From positions 1 to 63,682 of the forward strand of contig CAYUBE010000002.1 of the NCBI GenBank assembly GCA_964442965.1: a stretch of DNA of 63,682 nucleotides. The letters run 5' to 3'. Below, in pieces: positions 1-9,191 of this stretch (position 1 is the first letter of the stretch; every line of letters starts with the position of its first letter). Under the pieces are notes generated by a model, which saw only the letters and a program-made list of their open reading frames with translations, was not told where the DNA came from and made no database searches. This DNA comes from an uncultured Candidatus Saccharibacteria bacterium. Its GTDB lineage: Bacteria > Patescibacteriota > Minisyncoccia > UBA6257 > 2-01-FULL-56-20. The position numbers and the translations under genes are program-made.

Positions 1-91
1 GACACAAAGTATATTTTGTCTCGACCTTTGTGTCTAAAATACCGGGTCCAGGTCACCCGCAATAAAATGCGGGGACTTTTCCTCTAATAAT

Positions 92-132
92 GGAAAAAGA
101 ATGGCGTGAACAACCTTTGTTGTTCACGCCAT
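92..132 (-). terminator. intrinsic terminator-like hairpin downstream of the 136..798 gene
   Basis: Perfect 14-bp stem ATGGCGTGAACAAC (101-114) / GTTGTTCACGCCAT (119-132), 4-nt loop. It is followed on the minus strand by a T-rich run (plus AAAAAGA 94-100). Confidence 0.6.
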
Positions 133-135
133 TTT

Positions 136-798
136 CTAATTTAGAAAAATACTGATCCCGGCATATCCGCCGGGGGTTTTTTTCTCAATCCCGCCGCTAT
201 CTCCCCAGGGGAAGATGGCTCCCCCGAAAAATAATAACGGCGGCGTGCCTGTTGCGTTAATTTCGACGCGAGGACCGTAACCGTCCTCGGGATCGCCTGT
301 TCGGAGCCAATTTCTGTCGGCCATAAAGCCTACATTGAAGTAGGATGTGGCTTTTAGAATCAGCTCGCCGTTCCAATAGTAGCCAGTTGCTCCACCGGCT
401 TCCCCGACGAGATCAATGTAATAGATCTCATTACTTTGGATAAACAGTTCCATACGACCCCGCGTATGGTTTCCTTCCGGCGAGAAATTAATTCCGCCGC
501 CGATCTTTATGCCGACGTTTTGATTCGGCATGAAATCGAAGGAAAGAATGCCGACGGAGGGTTTTCCCCCTTGAGCCGTTACGTCTCTGACGTAACCCTC
601 AAGAGAAATCTCCTGGCAATCCTTAGTGGAGAGGAGATATTTTCCGCTAAGCTCCACGGTTTGATCGTGGAGAGGTACCCAGCTTGCGTCTTTAAAGAAC
701 GCCTGCTGGTACGACCCCTCAAAGGAAACTTGCCCAACCGCCTCTTGGGGTATAAAGACGGCGATTGAGAAGATGGCAATAAAAAATAATTTTTTCAT
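136..798 (-). CDS. hypothetical secreted protein (N-terminal signal peptide)
   Basis: 220-aa ORF. N-terminus MKKLFFIAIFSIAVFIPQEAVGQ looks like a signal peptide. The body is Gly/aromatic-rich and beta-strand-like. Start overlaps the upstream gene stop by 4 nt. Confidence 0.6.
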   Translation of the reverse strand: MKKLFFIAIFSIAVFIPQEAVGQVSFEGSYQQAFFKDASWVPLHDQTVELSGKYLLSTKDCQEISLEGYVRDVTAQGGKPSVGILSFDFMPNQNVGIKIGGGINFSPEGNHTRGRMELFIQSNEIYYIDLVGEAGGATGYYWNGELILKATSYFNVGFMADRNWLRTGDPEDGYGPRVEINATGTPPLLFFGGAIFPWGDSGGIEKKTPGGYAGISIFLN

Positions 799-1223
799 TT
801 GCCGCCTCCTTTTCCCTGATTAAACCTATGCTTCCAACCACTCGCGGTTTTACAAGAATCGCATTGCGGTTGGTCATTTGTTTGCCGGATTACTACAGAA
901 GCGGGATCTGGGGGAGGAGATACTTTTCCCTCTTTTTCCCGTAATTCAACATTCCCCGTCATCTCCACATTCCCCTTGACAGAGATCTCCACTTCCACCT
1001 TTTCCATCTTTTGTTGCGGGGGAGCGGGTTTAACCTTTGGCTGCTCCGCGACCGTGAGATGTCTTTTTCTCACGGTTTTTTTTATTATTTTTTTCGCCGT
1101 GGTATCGCAACCACAGATTTCTCCGCCCAGTGATTTTACTATCCAATGGCGGGATGGAGTAACCGCAATCAAGAGGAAGAGAACCAGGATCAATATTCCT
1201 CCAAGGCCTATTGCTCTATTCAT
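795..1223 (-). CDS. hypothetical membrane-anchored protein
   Basis: 142-aa ORF with one N-terminal TM segment (GGILILVLFLLIAV). Translationally coupled to 136..798. No recognisable family. Confidence 0.5.
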   Translation of the reverse strand: MNRAIGLGGILILVLFLLIAVTPSRHWIVKSLGGEICGCDTTAKKIIKKTVRKRHLTVAEQPKVKPAPPQQKMEKVEVEISVKGNVEMTGNVELREKEGKVSPPPDPASVVIRQTNDQPQCDSCKTASGWKHRFNQGKGGGK

Positions 1224-1375
1224 TTTTGCCTCCTTTCAAGGCTTGTTATTATTTTCTTATTTTAAGTTATACCTTGACAGAATATATCAGTTAAATGAAT
1301 TGTTGTCAACTTTTCTGGCGGGTTGCCGTGAGGCCGTGACAGGAGGATCGCGCCCCTATAATTTCGCGGGTATGG

Positions 1376-3133
1376 ATGTTTTGCGCTACAATGGGGGAAA
1401 CCATGCCATCTTCCACCACCGAACTCATCAAGAGCAAGCTCGATGTCGTCGCGTTCCTGCGGGGATATCTTACGCTCACGCCGGCGGGCAGAAATTTCAG
1501 AGGGCTTTGTCCGTTTCATAAAGAAAAGACGCCGTCTTTCATGGTGTCGCCCGAACGGCAATCGTGGCATTGCTTTGGCTGTGGCATCGGCGGCGACATT
1601 TTCACGTTTGTGATGAAGTATGAAAATATCGAGTTTGGTGAGGCACTTCGGATGCTCGCCGAAAAAGCTGGCGTCGAACTGAGGCATGAAAATCCGGCGG
1701 AATATCGTTACTCGGGGTTGCTCTACGACCTGAATAATGCCGCGAAAGAATTTTTTAAGCGCGCACTCGCGGCCGCGCCGGTCGCGAAAGAATATCTGGC
1801 GTCGCGTGGGCTCACGCAAGAAACGGTTGAGATGTTCGAGATCGGCTGGGCGCCGAACGAATCAGAAGTGCTTTCGATGCAGCTTCTGAATGCCGGCAGT
1901 TCACCGCAAGATATTATTCAGGCGGGACTTTCCATTAAAACCGATCGCGGACTCATGCTTGACCGATTTCGCGGGCGTATCATGTTTCCGATCCATAATC
2001 ATACGGGCAAGGTAGTTGGTTTTACGGGCCGCATTTTGCCCCAACTCGATAAGGGCGATACCGGGAAATATGTGAACAGTCCCGAAACGCCGATCTTTCA
2101 AAAATCGAAATTGCTCTACGGGTTCTGGAAAAGCAAGGAAGCGATTCGCGAGGCGAAGATTGCGGTGCTCGTCGAAGGGCAGATGGATTTTCTTATGAGT
2201 TTCCAGTCGGGCGTACGGAACATCGTGGCAAGCTCCGGAACGGCTCTTACGGCCGACCACCTCGTGGTTTTGCATCGCTTGGCGGAGGAATTGATCATCA
2301 ATTACGACAGCGATACTGCCGGCGCGGAAGCAGCGGTGCGTGCAATCGATCTTGCGGAGGCGAGCGATTTTTCCGTGAAGGTTGCGACCGTCGAGGGATT
2401 TAAAGATGCAGCCGATGCGGCGAAAGCGGATCCGGGAAACGTACGACGGACCATCGAAGCGGCGGTTCCCGCGCCGGAGTTCTACTTCAAAAAATACCTC
2501 CCCCACTTCGCCGAGGCTTCGCGGGGCGAGGCCATCGATCGGGCTGCGTTCGGAATGCCGGAAGGTCTGCGGAATTTGCGCACGGTGCTTCAGAAATTGC
2601 GGACCATCGCGAGCCCGGTGCAACAGGAATTTTGGTTCAAAAAGCTTGCCGACCTGACCGGCATCGCGGAAAAAACCCTAGAAGCAGAATCTAAAAAAAC
2701 GGAAGGGGAAGCGGTTTTTGTTCCCATCGAAAAAACAGAAGAAGCGTCGAAGAGACAAGTCTCTCGGGCGGAATTGCTGTTTGAGGAACTCGTCTCCATC
2801 GCGCTCGCAAAAAATGATCTTTCATTGCTTGACGATTGCGCATTATTTTTGGATCCGACACAAAAAGAGATTTTGCGGATTCTTGCAAGCGGAAAACGAA
2901 AAAGCGATGATCCGGCGATCGATGCCTTAATTGACCTTATAGTACTTCGCGAAACGCCTGCTGAGCCGTGGGATGATGAAATTTTAAAGCTCAAAACCGC
3001 ACTGCAAGGAGAATATCTCAAAGAACGAAGAAAGATCATTGCACAAGCAATCAAAAATGCGGAAGCCCGCCACGACGAGCGCGAACTTGCCGCCGCGCTC
3101 GAGGAAATGAAAAATTTACCAGCGGGGGAATAG
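1376..3133 (+). CDS. dnaG: DNA primase
   Basis: CHC2 zinc finger CPFHKEKTPSFMVSPERQSWHCFGCGIGGD, TOPRIM region (VLVEGQMDFL, NYDSDTAG). The start could also be ATG 1391 or 1403. Confidence 0.9.
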   Translation: MFCATMGETMPSSTTELIKSKLDVVAFLRGYLTLTPAGRNFRGLCPFHKEKTPSFMVSPERQSWHCFGCGIGGDIFTFVMKYENIEFGEALRMLAEKAGVELRHENPAEYRYSGLLYDLNNAAKEFFKRALAAAPVAKEYLASRGLTQETVEMFEIGWAPNESEVLSMQLLNAGSSPQDIIQAGLSIKTDRGLMLDRFRGRIMFPIHNHTGKVVGFTGRILPQLDKGDTGKYVNSPETPIFQKSKLLYGFWKSKEAIREAKIAVLVEGQMDFLMSFQSGVRNIVASSGTALTADHLVVLHRLAEELIINYDSDTAGAEAAVRAIDLAEASDFSVKVATVEGFKDAADAAKADPGNVRRTIEAAVPAPEFYFKKYLPHFAEASRGEAIDRAAFGMPEGLRNLRTVLQKLRTIASPVQQEFWFKKLADLTGIAEKTLEAESKKTEGEAVFVPIEKTEEASKRQVSRAELLFEELVSIALAKNDLSLLDDCALFLDPTQKEILRILASGKRKSDDPAIDALIDLIVLRETPAEPWDDEILKLKTALQGEYLKERRKIIAQAIKNAEARHDERELAAALEEMKNLPAGE

Positions 3134-3302
3134 CCGAGACAGGGCAGTTCGATTGTTTCCGTAAAATCTAAATCTTAATCTCAAATTTTATGATTTGACA
3201 GATAAAGAATCTATTGCTATATTGCAAGCAGAAAATTAACAACAGGAAAGGTAGTACAACATTGCTTTCCTATAATCATGAACAAATTGAAAGGAAAATC
3301 TA

Positions 3303-3890
3303 ATGGGACAGACAACCTACACCGAAGAACTCGGAAAGAAGGATATGACCCTCAAGGAGTTTACCCTCATGTGCGCTCATTCATTCGACATGCTTATGCG
3401 TTTGCATGAAGAATCGGTCAACACAGAAATTCCGGAATTTAAACCGAGTAATCTACATCTCGATATTATCCACGAAGCTCAAAAAAAGATTCTTGAACTT
3501 CAGAGGTGGACTGCTCTGCGAGCAGAAAGAGAAGCTAAAAAATATTTTAATGATCAGGTTCGCTCAAATGAAGAACAGAGCGAAAGAAATAGAAATTTGG
3601 GAAAACGCTACCTTCATATGCTTGAAAAAGTAGCAAGTTGGGTACCGCCTACCGAGAAACATAAGGCTTTAAAAAGTTTTATGGTCGATCAGCTTGCCGT
3701 CGGGATTAAGGACTGCTTAGATTCGTCCGCAGTACCAAAATGGCTTTCTGGCCCGCAATACAGGGATTCTCTCATAAAAGAGAAGCGCCATGATATTGTC
3801 TACCACACACGGGAATATAAGAAAGAAGTAGAGAGAACTCGCGTGAGTAATGAATGGGTACATATTCTCAAGGACAGCTTGAGTCAGTAA
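3303..3890 (+). CDS. hypothetical protein
   Basis: 195-aa ORF in an AT-richer segment. Upstream TTGACA 3194-3199 and TATATT 3217-3222. No family recognised. Confidence 0.55.
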   Translation: MGQTTYTEELGKKDMTLKEFTLMCAHSFDMLMRLHEESVNTEIPEFKPSNLHLDIIHEAQKKILELQRWTALRAEREAKKYFNDQVRSNEEQSERNRNLGKRYLHMLEKVASWVPPTEKHKALKSFMVDQLAVGIKDCLDSSAVPKWLSGPQYRDSLIKEKRHDIVYHTREYKKEVERTRVSNEWVHILKDSLSQ

Positions 3891-4030
3891 AAATGATAGA
3901 CTTCAATCATTTCCGCTTTGCCCTTAAGGCTTAGCGGTTTTTTTATGTCTTACAATTACTAAGATATGTATATTTATATGATGTCAGTTAGGACTCGAAA
4001 TGGCGGTGAAAATATTCTATAATCAACCCA

Positions 4031-4813
4031 ATGCTTTCGTTCTCGCGTGTCACGAAAATCTACGGCAAACGAAAGAAGCGGCGGCCCGCCGTAGGCGAGG
4101 CTCGCTTCGGGCGGCTTGCCGTCGATGATTTTTCGCTCGAGATCAGCGCACCTATTTTCGGTTTTCTGGGACAGAATGGCGCAGGGAAGACGACGATTAT
4201 CAAAATGATCACGGGGCTTTTAGCTCCTACGTCAGGGACAATTATGATCGATGGAGTTCCGTCACGGGACGAAGCATCGAAACGGAATATAGGGTTCATG
4301 CCGGAGACACCTTATTTTTATGAGCGGATGACCGGCATCGAGTTTCTTCGTTTTTGCACGGAACTTTTTCCGGGCGCAAAACGAGATGATGAATCTCTCG
4401 GAAAAATTCTCAAAATAGCCGGCATTTTTGAAGCACGAAATTATGAGATACGCACCTATTCGAAGGGTATGCGTCAACGCCTTGGTTTTGCGCAGGCACT
4501 CGTGAATGATCCGAATTATCTTTTTCTCGACGAGCCGCTTGACGGTCTTGATCCTATCGGTCGCCACGATCTTAAAAAATCGATGCTCGCGCTAAAGGCG
4601 GAGGGTAGAAAAATATTTCTCAATACGCACATTCTCTACGACGTCGAAGAGGTTTGTGATGAGGTTGGCGTGATTCATGAAGGTAAATTGCTTTACGCGG
4701 GACCCGTGAAAGATTTCTGTGCTGGTCGGCCGCTCGAGGAACGATTTGTGGAAACCGTGAAAGAGTACGAGAAGGGGAAGCAGGATTCAAAAATCATGAA
4801 CCAAGAATCATGA
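4031..4813 (+). CDS. ABC transporter ATP-binding protein
   Basis: Walker A GQNGAGKTT, signature YSKGMRQRL, Walker B LFLDEPLDGLD. Confidence 0.9.
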   Translation: MLSFSRVTKIYGKRKKRRPAVGEARFGRLAVDDFSLEISAPIFGFLGQNGAGKTTIIKMITGLLAPTSGTIMIDGVPSRDEASKRNIGFMPETPYFYERMTGIEFLRFCTELFPGAKRDDESLGKILKIAGIFEARNYEIRTYSKGMRQRLGFAQALVNDPNYLFLDEPLDGLDPIGRHDLKKSMLALKAEGRKIFLNTHILYDVEEVCDEVGVIHEGKLLYAGPVKDFCAGRPLEERFVETVKEYEKGKQDSKIMNQES

Positions 4814-5574
4814 ACCATATCATTACCATTGCAAAAAATACGCTCAAGCTTGAGGTTCGCGATAAGATATGGATTGCGCTTTTGGCGTTCGGTCTCGGTT
4901 ATATCGCTATTATGCTGTTTTTATCCGATCTCGTGCTGAAGGAACTTCCTATGGTGAAGGCGTTCGCGCTCCTCGGTATCTATTTTTTCAATGCGATTAT
5001 CGCGCTCTTTCTCGGAACCACGTCGTTCTATCGGGACGTGGAGCGGAAGACGGTTTATTTTATTCTCGCAAAGCCGATCTCACGAGCGCAGTTTCTTCTC
5101 GGAAAATTCTTTGGCCTGTGCGCGGTCATTTTTCTCACGAGTGTTGCGCTTGCCGTGGCGTATCTCGCCATTGTGGCGCTCGCGGGCGGAGGGTTTGATG
5201 CGATGGGGCTTCTTGCCATTCTTATGCAATTTCTCGAGATGGCGCTCTTCCTCGCGTTCGCAATTTTTGTTTCTACGTTTTCAAGTTCACTGCTCTCTAT
5301 CGTTTATACCTCGGTGATATTTTTCCTCGGTCACGTCGTTTCGTCGCTCGTCGACGACGCCCGGAAGATCGGCATTTCGGGAATTCGTTATGTTTTTGTG
5401 AACATTCTCTATTATATTTTCCCGAATCTTGAGAAATTTAACATTCGCGATTTTGCGGTGCATAGTGTCTCACTGCCATGGGCGTCATTCGGGTTCGCGG
5501 TTGCCTATGCCACTGCCTATATCATCCTTCTTTTGTTTGCGGCGATTTGGATATTTGAGAAGAAAGAAATATGA
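4810..5574 (+). CDS. ABC-2 type transporter permease
   Basis: 254-aa polytopic membrane ORF overlapping the ATPase stop (ATGA), about 6 hydrophobic segments. Confidence 0.75.
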   Translation: MNHIITIAKNTLKLEVRDKIWIALLAFGLGYIAIMLFLSDLVLKELPMVKAFALLGIYFFNAIIALFLGTTSFYRDVERKTVYFILAKPISRAQFLLGKFFGLCAVIFLTSVALAVAYLAIVALAGGGFDAMGLLAILMQFLEMALFLAFAIFVSTFSSSLLSIVYTSVIFFLGHVVSSLVDDARKIGISGIRYVFVNILYYIFPNLEKFNIRDFAVHSVSLPWASFGFAVAYATAYIILLLFAAIWIFEKKEI

Positions 5575-5720
5575 CATTCTCACTGTTTCGGCTGTGGCTT
5601 CGTTGCCTCTTCTTGAAATGCTCTCCGAGTATTCCTTCCTTGTCGCGCCTCGTCTTGCTCGAAACAGTGAGGATTTCGTGACAAAAAAAAGATTTTGGAA
5701 CATGCTTTTAAAATTATTTT

Positions 5721-6167
5721 ATGGATCACGTTGCTATCATGAAAAAATCATGGGGATTCATCGATAAGATCCTCGCTGGTGAAAAAACGATCGAATCGCG
5801 ATGGTCTGCTTCTCGTCGGAAGCCATGGGGTGCTGTCCAACAAGGGGATATCATCTATTTCAAAAATAGTGGGGAGCCGGTGGCGGCGAAGGCGTGCGTG
5901 GAGCGGGTGATCCAGCTTTCTGCCCTTACTCCGGCAAGTGTTAAAAAAATATTAAAGAAATATGGACAAAAAGACGGCATAACATCAAGGGAGATTCCTT
6001 TATTTTTTGAAAAATTTAAGCATGCAAAATATTGTGTTTTGGTCTTTTTAAAAAATTCGGCCCGCGTAAGGCCATTCACTATCAACAAAAAAGGTTTCGG
6101 CGCGATGGCGGCATGGATCACGGTCTCCTCCATTTCCACGATCTATTCCAGAAAAAAATCAAAATGA
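5721..6167 (+). CDS. ASCH-domain-like protein
   Basis: 148-aa ORF. The N-terminal KKSWGFIDKILAGEKTIESRW...GDIIYFK pattern resembles the ASCH/PUA-like fold. Confidence 0.55.
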   Translation: MDHVAIMKKSWGFIDKILAGEKTIESRWSASRRKPWGAVQQGDIIYFKNSGEPVAAKACVERVIQLSALTPASVKKILKKYGQKDGITSREIPLFFEKFKHAKYCVLVFLKNSARVRPFTINKKGFGAMAAWITVSSISTIYSRKKSK

Positions 6168-7006
6168 AAAAATTTTTCATCAAAGCAACCATCTTGATTT
6201 TATTGCTCGCGGTCGTTGTTCTTTTTCAGGCTGGATATGATGCGACTCAACCGACCATCGCACCGTCCGCGTCGTCCGGCATTTCGCCTGACTTTATTCG
6301 TGCGGTCGATATGGGGTTTGATGCTGGTGTGGGATCATTCTTTTGGATCGGAACGATGCCTGAAATTATAGACGCCATTCTGGGCGGCAAGATGGAATAC
6401 CTGGCGGACGAGCGGTACGTGAACGCCGTTGACCCTAAATTATCCTATCCCTATGCGTTCACGGTAATTACCCTGCCGGCCGCGTCGAGTTATGCGGGGC
6501 GGGTGACCGACGCGCTCGCGATCGGCGAGCAGGGTATTCAAAATGCCGATCCGGATTGGCGCATTCCGTATTACATGGCGGCTGATTATTTTCTGGAACT
6601 GAAAGACGATAAAAATGCGCTGTGGTACTACAATCTTGCCGCACGGATGCCGGGCATTCCCGATTATGCCCTCCGATTTTCGCTGAACTTCGGCATCAGG
6701 TCGAGCGAGCGCCAGAAAACGGAGGATCTTTGGGCGACGATCCGCGATTCGTCGAACGATCAGGATACGAAAGAACGTGCCCAGGCATACATTGATCGGT
6801 TGGAAATTTTCGATTATCTCGATACGGCATCAAAGATGTACCAGACGAAATACGGGAAGATACCTACTTCGACCGATGCTCTGGTTACGGGCGGTATCGT
6901 TCCTGCGATTCCCGAGGATCCGTTCGGGTTTACCTTTATCATTAACAGAGACGGTACTTCCGGTATCAATACGACGTCGTCATTTTCGGCCGTTGTTCCG
7001 CAATAG
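6164..7006 (+). CDS. hypothetical membrane-anchored protein
   Basis: Internal ATG 6164 (MKKFFIKATILILLLAVVVLF) overlaps the upstream stop as ATGA. The longer ORF from 6032 overlaps the ASCH gene and is not credible. Confidence 0.6.
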   Translation: MKKFFIKATILILLLAVVVLFQAGYDATQPTIAPSASSGISPDFIRAVDMGFDAGVGSFFWIGTMPEIIDAILGGKMEYLADERYVNAVDPKLSYPYAFTVITLPAASSYAGRVTDALAIGEQGIQNADPDWRIPYYMAADYFLELKDDKNALWYYNLAARMPGIPDYALRFSLNFGIRSSERQKTEDLWATIRDSSNDQDTKERAQAYIDRLEIFDYLDTASKMYQTKYGKIPTSTDALVTGGIVPAIPEDPFGFTFIINRDGTSGINTTSSFSAVVPQ

Positions 7007-7165
7007 GGGATTCTCTGTAAAAGTAAATCAGAAATAGGTGTTCATAGAAAGATCGCCGGACGCTCGCTAGCATAAAAACTCGAGCGGAGTGTTCTTGTTT
7101 TGGATAACCTGAGCGGAACTAAAAAACCAAGCGGAGCATTTCTTTTCCGGAAAACTAGTTTTCCG

Positions 7166-7230
7166 GAATATGGCTTTGCCATCCTGAGGGGTTCGTCTTC
7201 GCATACCCTCAGGATGGCAAAGCCATATTC
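7166..7230. repeat. perfect 25-bp inverted repeat (hairpin)
   Basis: GAATATGGCTTTGCCATCCTGAGGG (7166-7190), 15-nt loop, CCCTCAGGATGGCAAAGCCATATTC (7206-7230). It generates mirror-image pseudo-ORFs on both strands. Confidence 0.9.
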
Positions 7231-7265
7231 CCTTCGTCTTCCAGAAAGCGGGAAACGCGGAGCCG

Positions 7266-7295
7266 TTGACAAGAAAACAGTTCTTTTGCTATAAT
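7266..7295 (+). promoter_or_regulatory. sigma70-type promoter of the rplC operon
   Basis: TTGACA 7266-7271, 18-nt spacer, TATAAT 7290-7295. Confidence 0.7.
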
Positions 7296-7447
7296 CGCCT
7301 CAAGGTTTCCTCTGGAGTTTTATGCAAATACACATCCTTCTCGGAAAACGAAACTCGTTTTTTCTGAGTGAGCTCACCTGAGCGGTGAGCGAGTGGGTTG
7401 TATTGCGCAAAATTCCGGGGATAGCCGGAAATTTTTTTATCAGGAAC
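7296..7447 (+). promoter_or_regulatory. structured 5' leader of the rplC operon with terminator-like hairpins
   Basis: Hairpin GAAAACGA/TCGTTTT 7344-7362 with a T-run. Palindrome GTGAGCTCAC 7368-7377 competes with GCTCACC/GGTGAGC 7372-7390. TTCCGG/CCGGAA 7413-7430 is followed by TTTTTTT 7433-7439, just before ATG 7448. Confidence 0.5.
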
Positions 7448-8008
7448 ATGTCATTTATTATCGGCAAAAAATCGAATATGACCCAGCTTTGGAAAGACGG
7501 AAAAGTCGTCCCGGTGACGGCCGTTTCCGCAGTTCCGAATAAGGTCACATTGATTCGAAACAAGGAACGTGACGGTTATGAAGCGGTTCAGGTTGCCTTC
7601 GGCAGAACGCGGTGTGAATTTAAGCCTATGGCGGCCCATCCCGTCGAGATTTCGAAGTTTAATCTTGGCGATGAGATTACCGTCGCTACTTTTCAGGAAG
7701 GCGAAAAAGTTCGCGTGAGCGGACTCACGAAGGGTCGTGGATTTCAGGGCGTCGTAAAACGGCATGGTTTTGCGGGTGTCGGTGGGGCGACACATGGCCA
7801 GAAGAATCGTCAGCGCCATCCTGGTTCGATCGGCAGCACGGCGTTTCAGCGGGTTGTGAAGGGCCGCCGGATGGCGGGGCACATGGGCACGGAGCGCGTG
7901 ACCATAAAAAATCTCGCCGTGGCAGGCATTGATGCCGAAAAAAATATCATCTATCTCCGCGGCGCGGTGCCGGGAATGAGAGGAACGATATTGGAGATAC
8001 GAAAATGA
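7448..8008 (+). CDS. rplC: 50S ribosomal protein L3
   Basis: MSFIIGKKSNMTQLWKDGKVVPVTAV...GFQGVVKRHGF. ATG 7448 chosen over the ORF-track start 7385. Confidence 0.93.
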   Translation: MSFIIGKKSNMTQLWKDGKVVPVTAVSAVPNKVTLIRNKERDGYEAVQVAFGRTRCEFKPMAAHPVEISKFNLGDEITVATFQEGEKVRVSGLTKGRGFQGVVKRHGFAGVGGATHGQKNRQRHPGSIGSTAFQRVVKGRRMAGHMGTERVTIKNLAVAGIDAEKNIIYLRGAVPGMRGTILEIRK

Positions 8009-8081
8009 GATTAATGATTTAAGATTTATGAATCAAGAAGAAGAACCTTCCTGAATCCTGAATCCTGAATCCTGAATCAAC

Positions 8082-8729
8082 ATGAAAACCGATGTTTACA
8101 ATCTAAAGAATGAGAAAGTAGGAACCATCGATCTTCCTGAGAGTGTTTTTGGTGCGGCATGGAACGAGGCGCTCGTGAAACAGGTTTTGACGGCTCAGCG
8201 CGCGAATGCGCGGGATCCGTGGGCGCACGCAAAGGATCGCGGCGAAGTCGCCGGTACCGGCAAAAAGCCATGGCGCCAGAAGGGAACCGGCCGCGCCCGG
8301 CACGGCATGACCTCGTCGCCACTTTGGATCGGCGGCGGCAAGGCGCATGGTCCGCGCAATGACAAGGATTATTCGCAGAAAGTGAACAAGAAAATGAAAA
8401 GCGCTGCGCTTTTTTCGGTTCTTTCAAAAAAATGGAAGGACGGCGAGGTGAAGGTGTTCGATTCGCTGGCCGTTGCAGAGCCAAAGACGACACTTCTTGC
8501 GGGAGCATTGCGAAATATTCTGGCTATGAAGAAGGGAGCGAAACGGTATGATGCACTTCTCGTTCCGGCGGGAACGAACGCGATCGTGTTCCGTTCATCC
8601 TCGAATTTAACAAAGACCAAGGCGATCGATGCTGCGTCGCTCAATATTTACGATATTTTAAACCACGCGAACCTGCTTTTGGAAAAAGAAAGCATTGCGG
8701 TCATCGAAAAACACTATAGAAAGAAATAG
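8082..8729 (+). CDS. rplD: 50S ribosomal protein L4
   Basis: KPWRQKGTGRARHG motif and operon position. Confidence 0.93.
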   Translation: MKTDVYNLKNEKVGTIDLPESVFGAAWNEALVKQVLTAQRANARDPWAHAKDRGEVAGTGKKPWRQKGTGRARHGMTSSPLWIGGGKAHGPRNDKDYSQKVNKKMKSAALFSVLSKKWKDGEVKVFDSLAVAEPKTTLLAGALRNILAMKKGAKRYDALLVPAGTNAIVFRSSSNLTKTKAIDAASLNIYDILNHANLLLEKESIAVIEKHYRKK

Positions 8730-8740
8730 CCACTAGAAAC

Positions 8741-8817
8741 TAGCCACTAGCCACGAGCGACTAGGGAAAAAAGAAAAAAGCCCTAGTGGCCAATCCCCAG
8801 TGGCTAACACCTAAACA
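8741..8817 (+). repeat. GCCACTAG-family intergenic hairpin element, copy A
   Basis: 77 nt identical to 10356-10432. CTAGGG / CCCTAG and GCCAC / GTGGC arms surround an A-rich loop. Confidence 0.9.
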
Positions 8818-8819
8818 TC

Positions 8820-9095
8820 ATGAACTCTCTTCTCATTAAAAAACCGTGGGTGACCGAAAAGGCGACGAATCTCGGCCCGAATCGCCAGTACGTTTTTTTA
8901 GTGCAGAAATCTGCGACAAAACCGGAAATTAAAAAAGCAATCGAGGGGCTTTATAAAGTTAATGTGGTCGCCGTGAACGTGGTGAACCTGCCGGCGAAAC
9001 GAAAACGGTTCCGTGGCGTGATGCGGAACGGAGGCGAAGGCAACCGGAAAGCTGTCGTCACTTTAAAGGAAGGACAAAAAATAGACCTGCAATAG
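8820..9095 (+). CDS. rplW: 50S ribosomal protein L23
   Basis: 91 aa, KPWVTEKAT N-terminus, operon position. Confidence 0.9.
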   Translation: MNSLLIKKPWVTEKATNLGPNRQYVFLVQKSATKPEIKKAIEGLYKVNVVAVNVVNLPAKRKRFRGVMRNGGEGNRKAVVTLKEGQKIDLQ

Positions 9096-9191
9096 AAAAA
9101 AAGAGATTAGTGACTAGAGGTTAGCGATTAGAAAAAAATTCTAACTTCTAGTAACTAATCGCCAATCGCTAAGAGCTAATCGCTAAAATCC

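Noticed and set aside
136-798. The secreted 220-aa protein as an outer-membrane beta-barrel.
   Set aside because: The composition is suggestive (alternating Gly/aromatic residues), but there is no C-terminal Phe signature and no family match I can verify by eye. It would also conflict with the inferred monoderm-like lineage. It is left as hypothetical.
1262-2623. Minus-strand ORFs 1262..1819 (185 aa) and 1901..2623 (240 aa).
   Set aside because: They are antisense to dnaG and have no motifs. The same reasoning rejects 37575..38279, 44601..45254, 13270..13827 and the other internal antisense ORFs in the track.
7042-7294. ORFs 7042..7272 (minus) and 7100..7294 (plus).
   Set aside because: They are mirror translations of the 25-bp perfect palindrome and its flanks (both contain ..ILR...LRMAKPYS..). 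This is a repeat artefact, not coding sequence.
7385-7447. The N-terminal extensions offered by the ORF track for rplC (7385), rpmC (12141), rplX (13162), rplE (13442), adk (18306), the 6032 ORF, the 40198 ORF, livH (53684) and livG (56066).
   Set aside because: The extensions read through spacer repeats or the preceding gene, sometimes from TTG codons. Internal ATGs give N-termini that match the conserved family starts.
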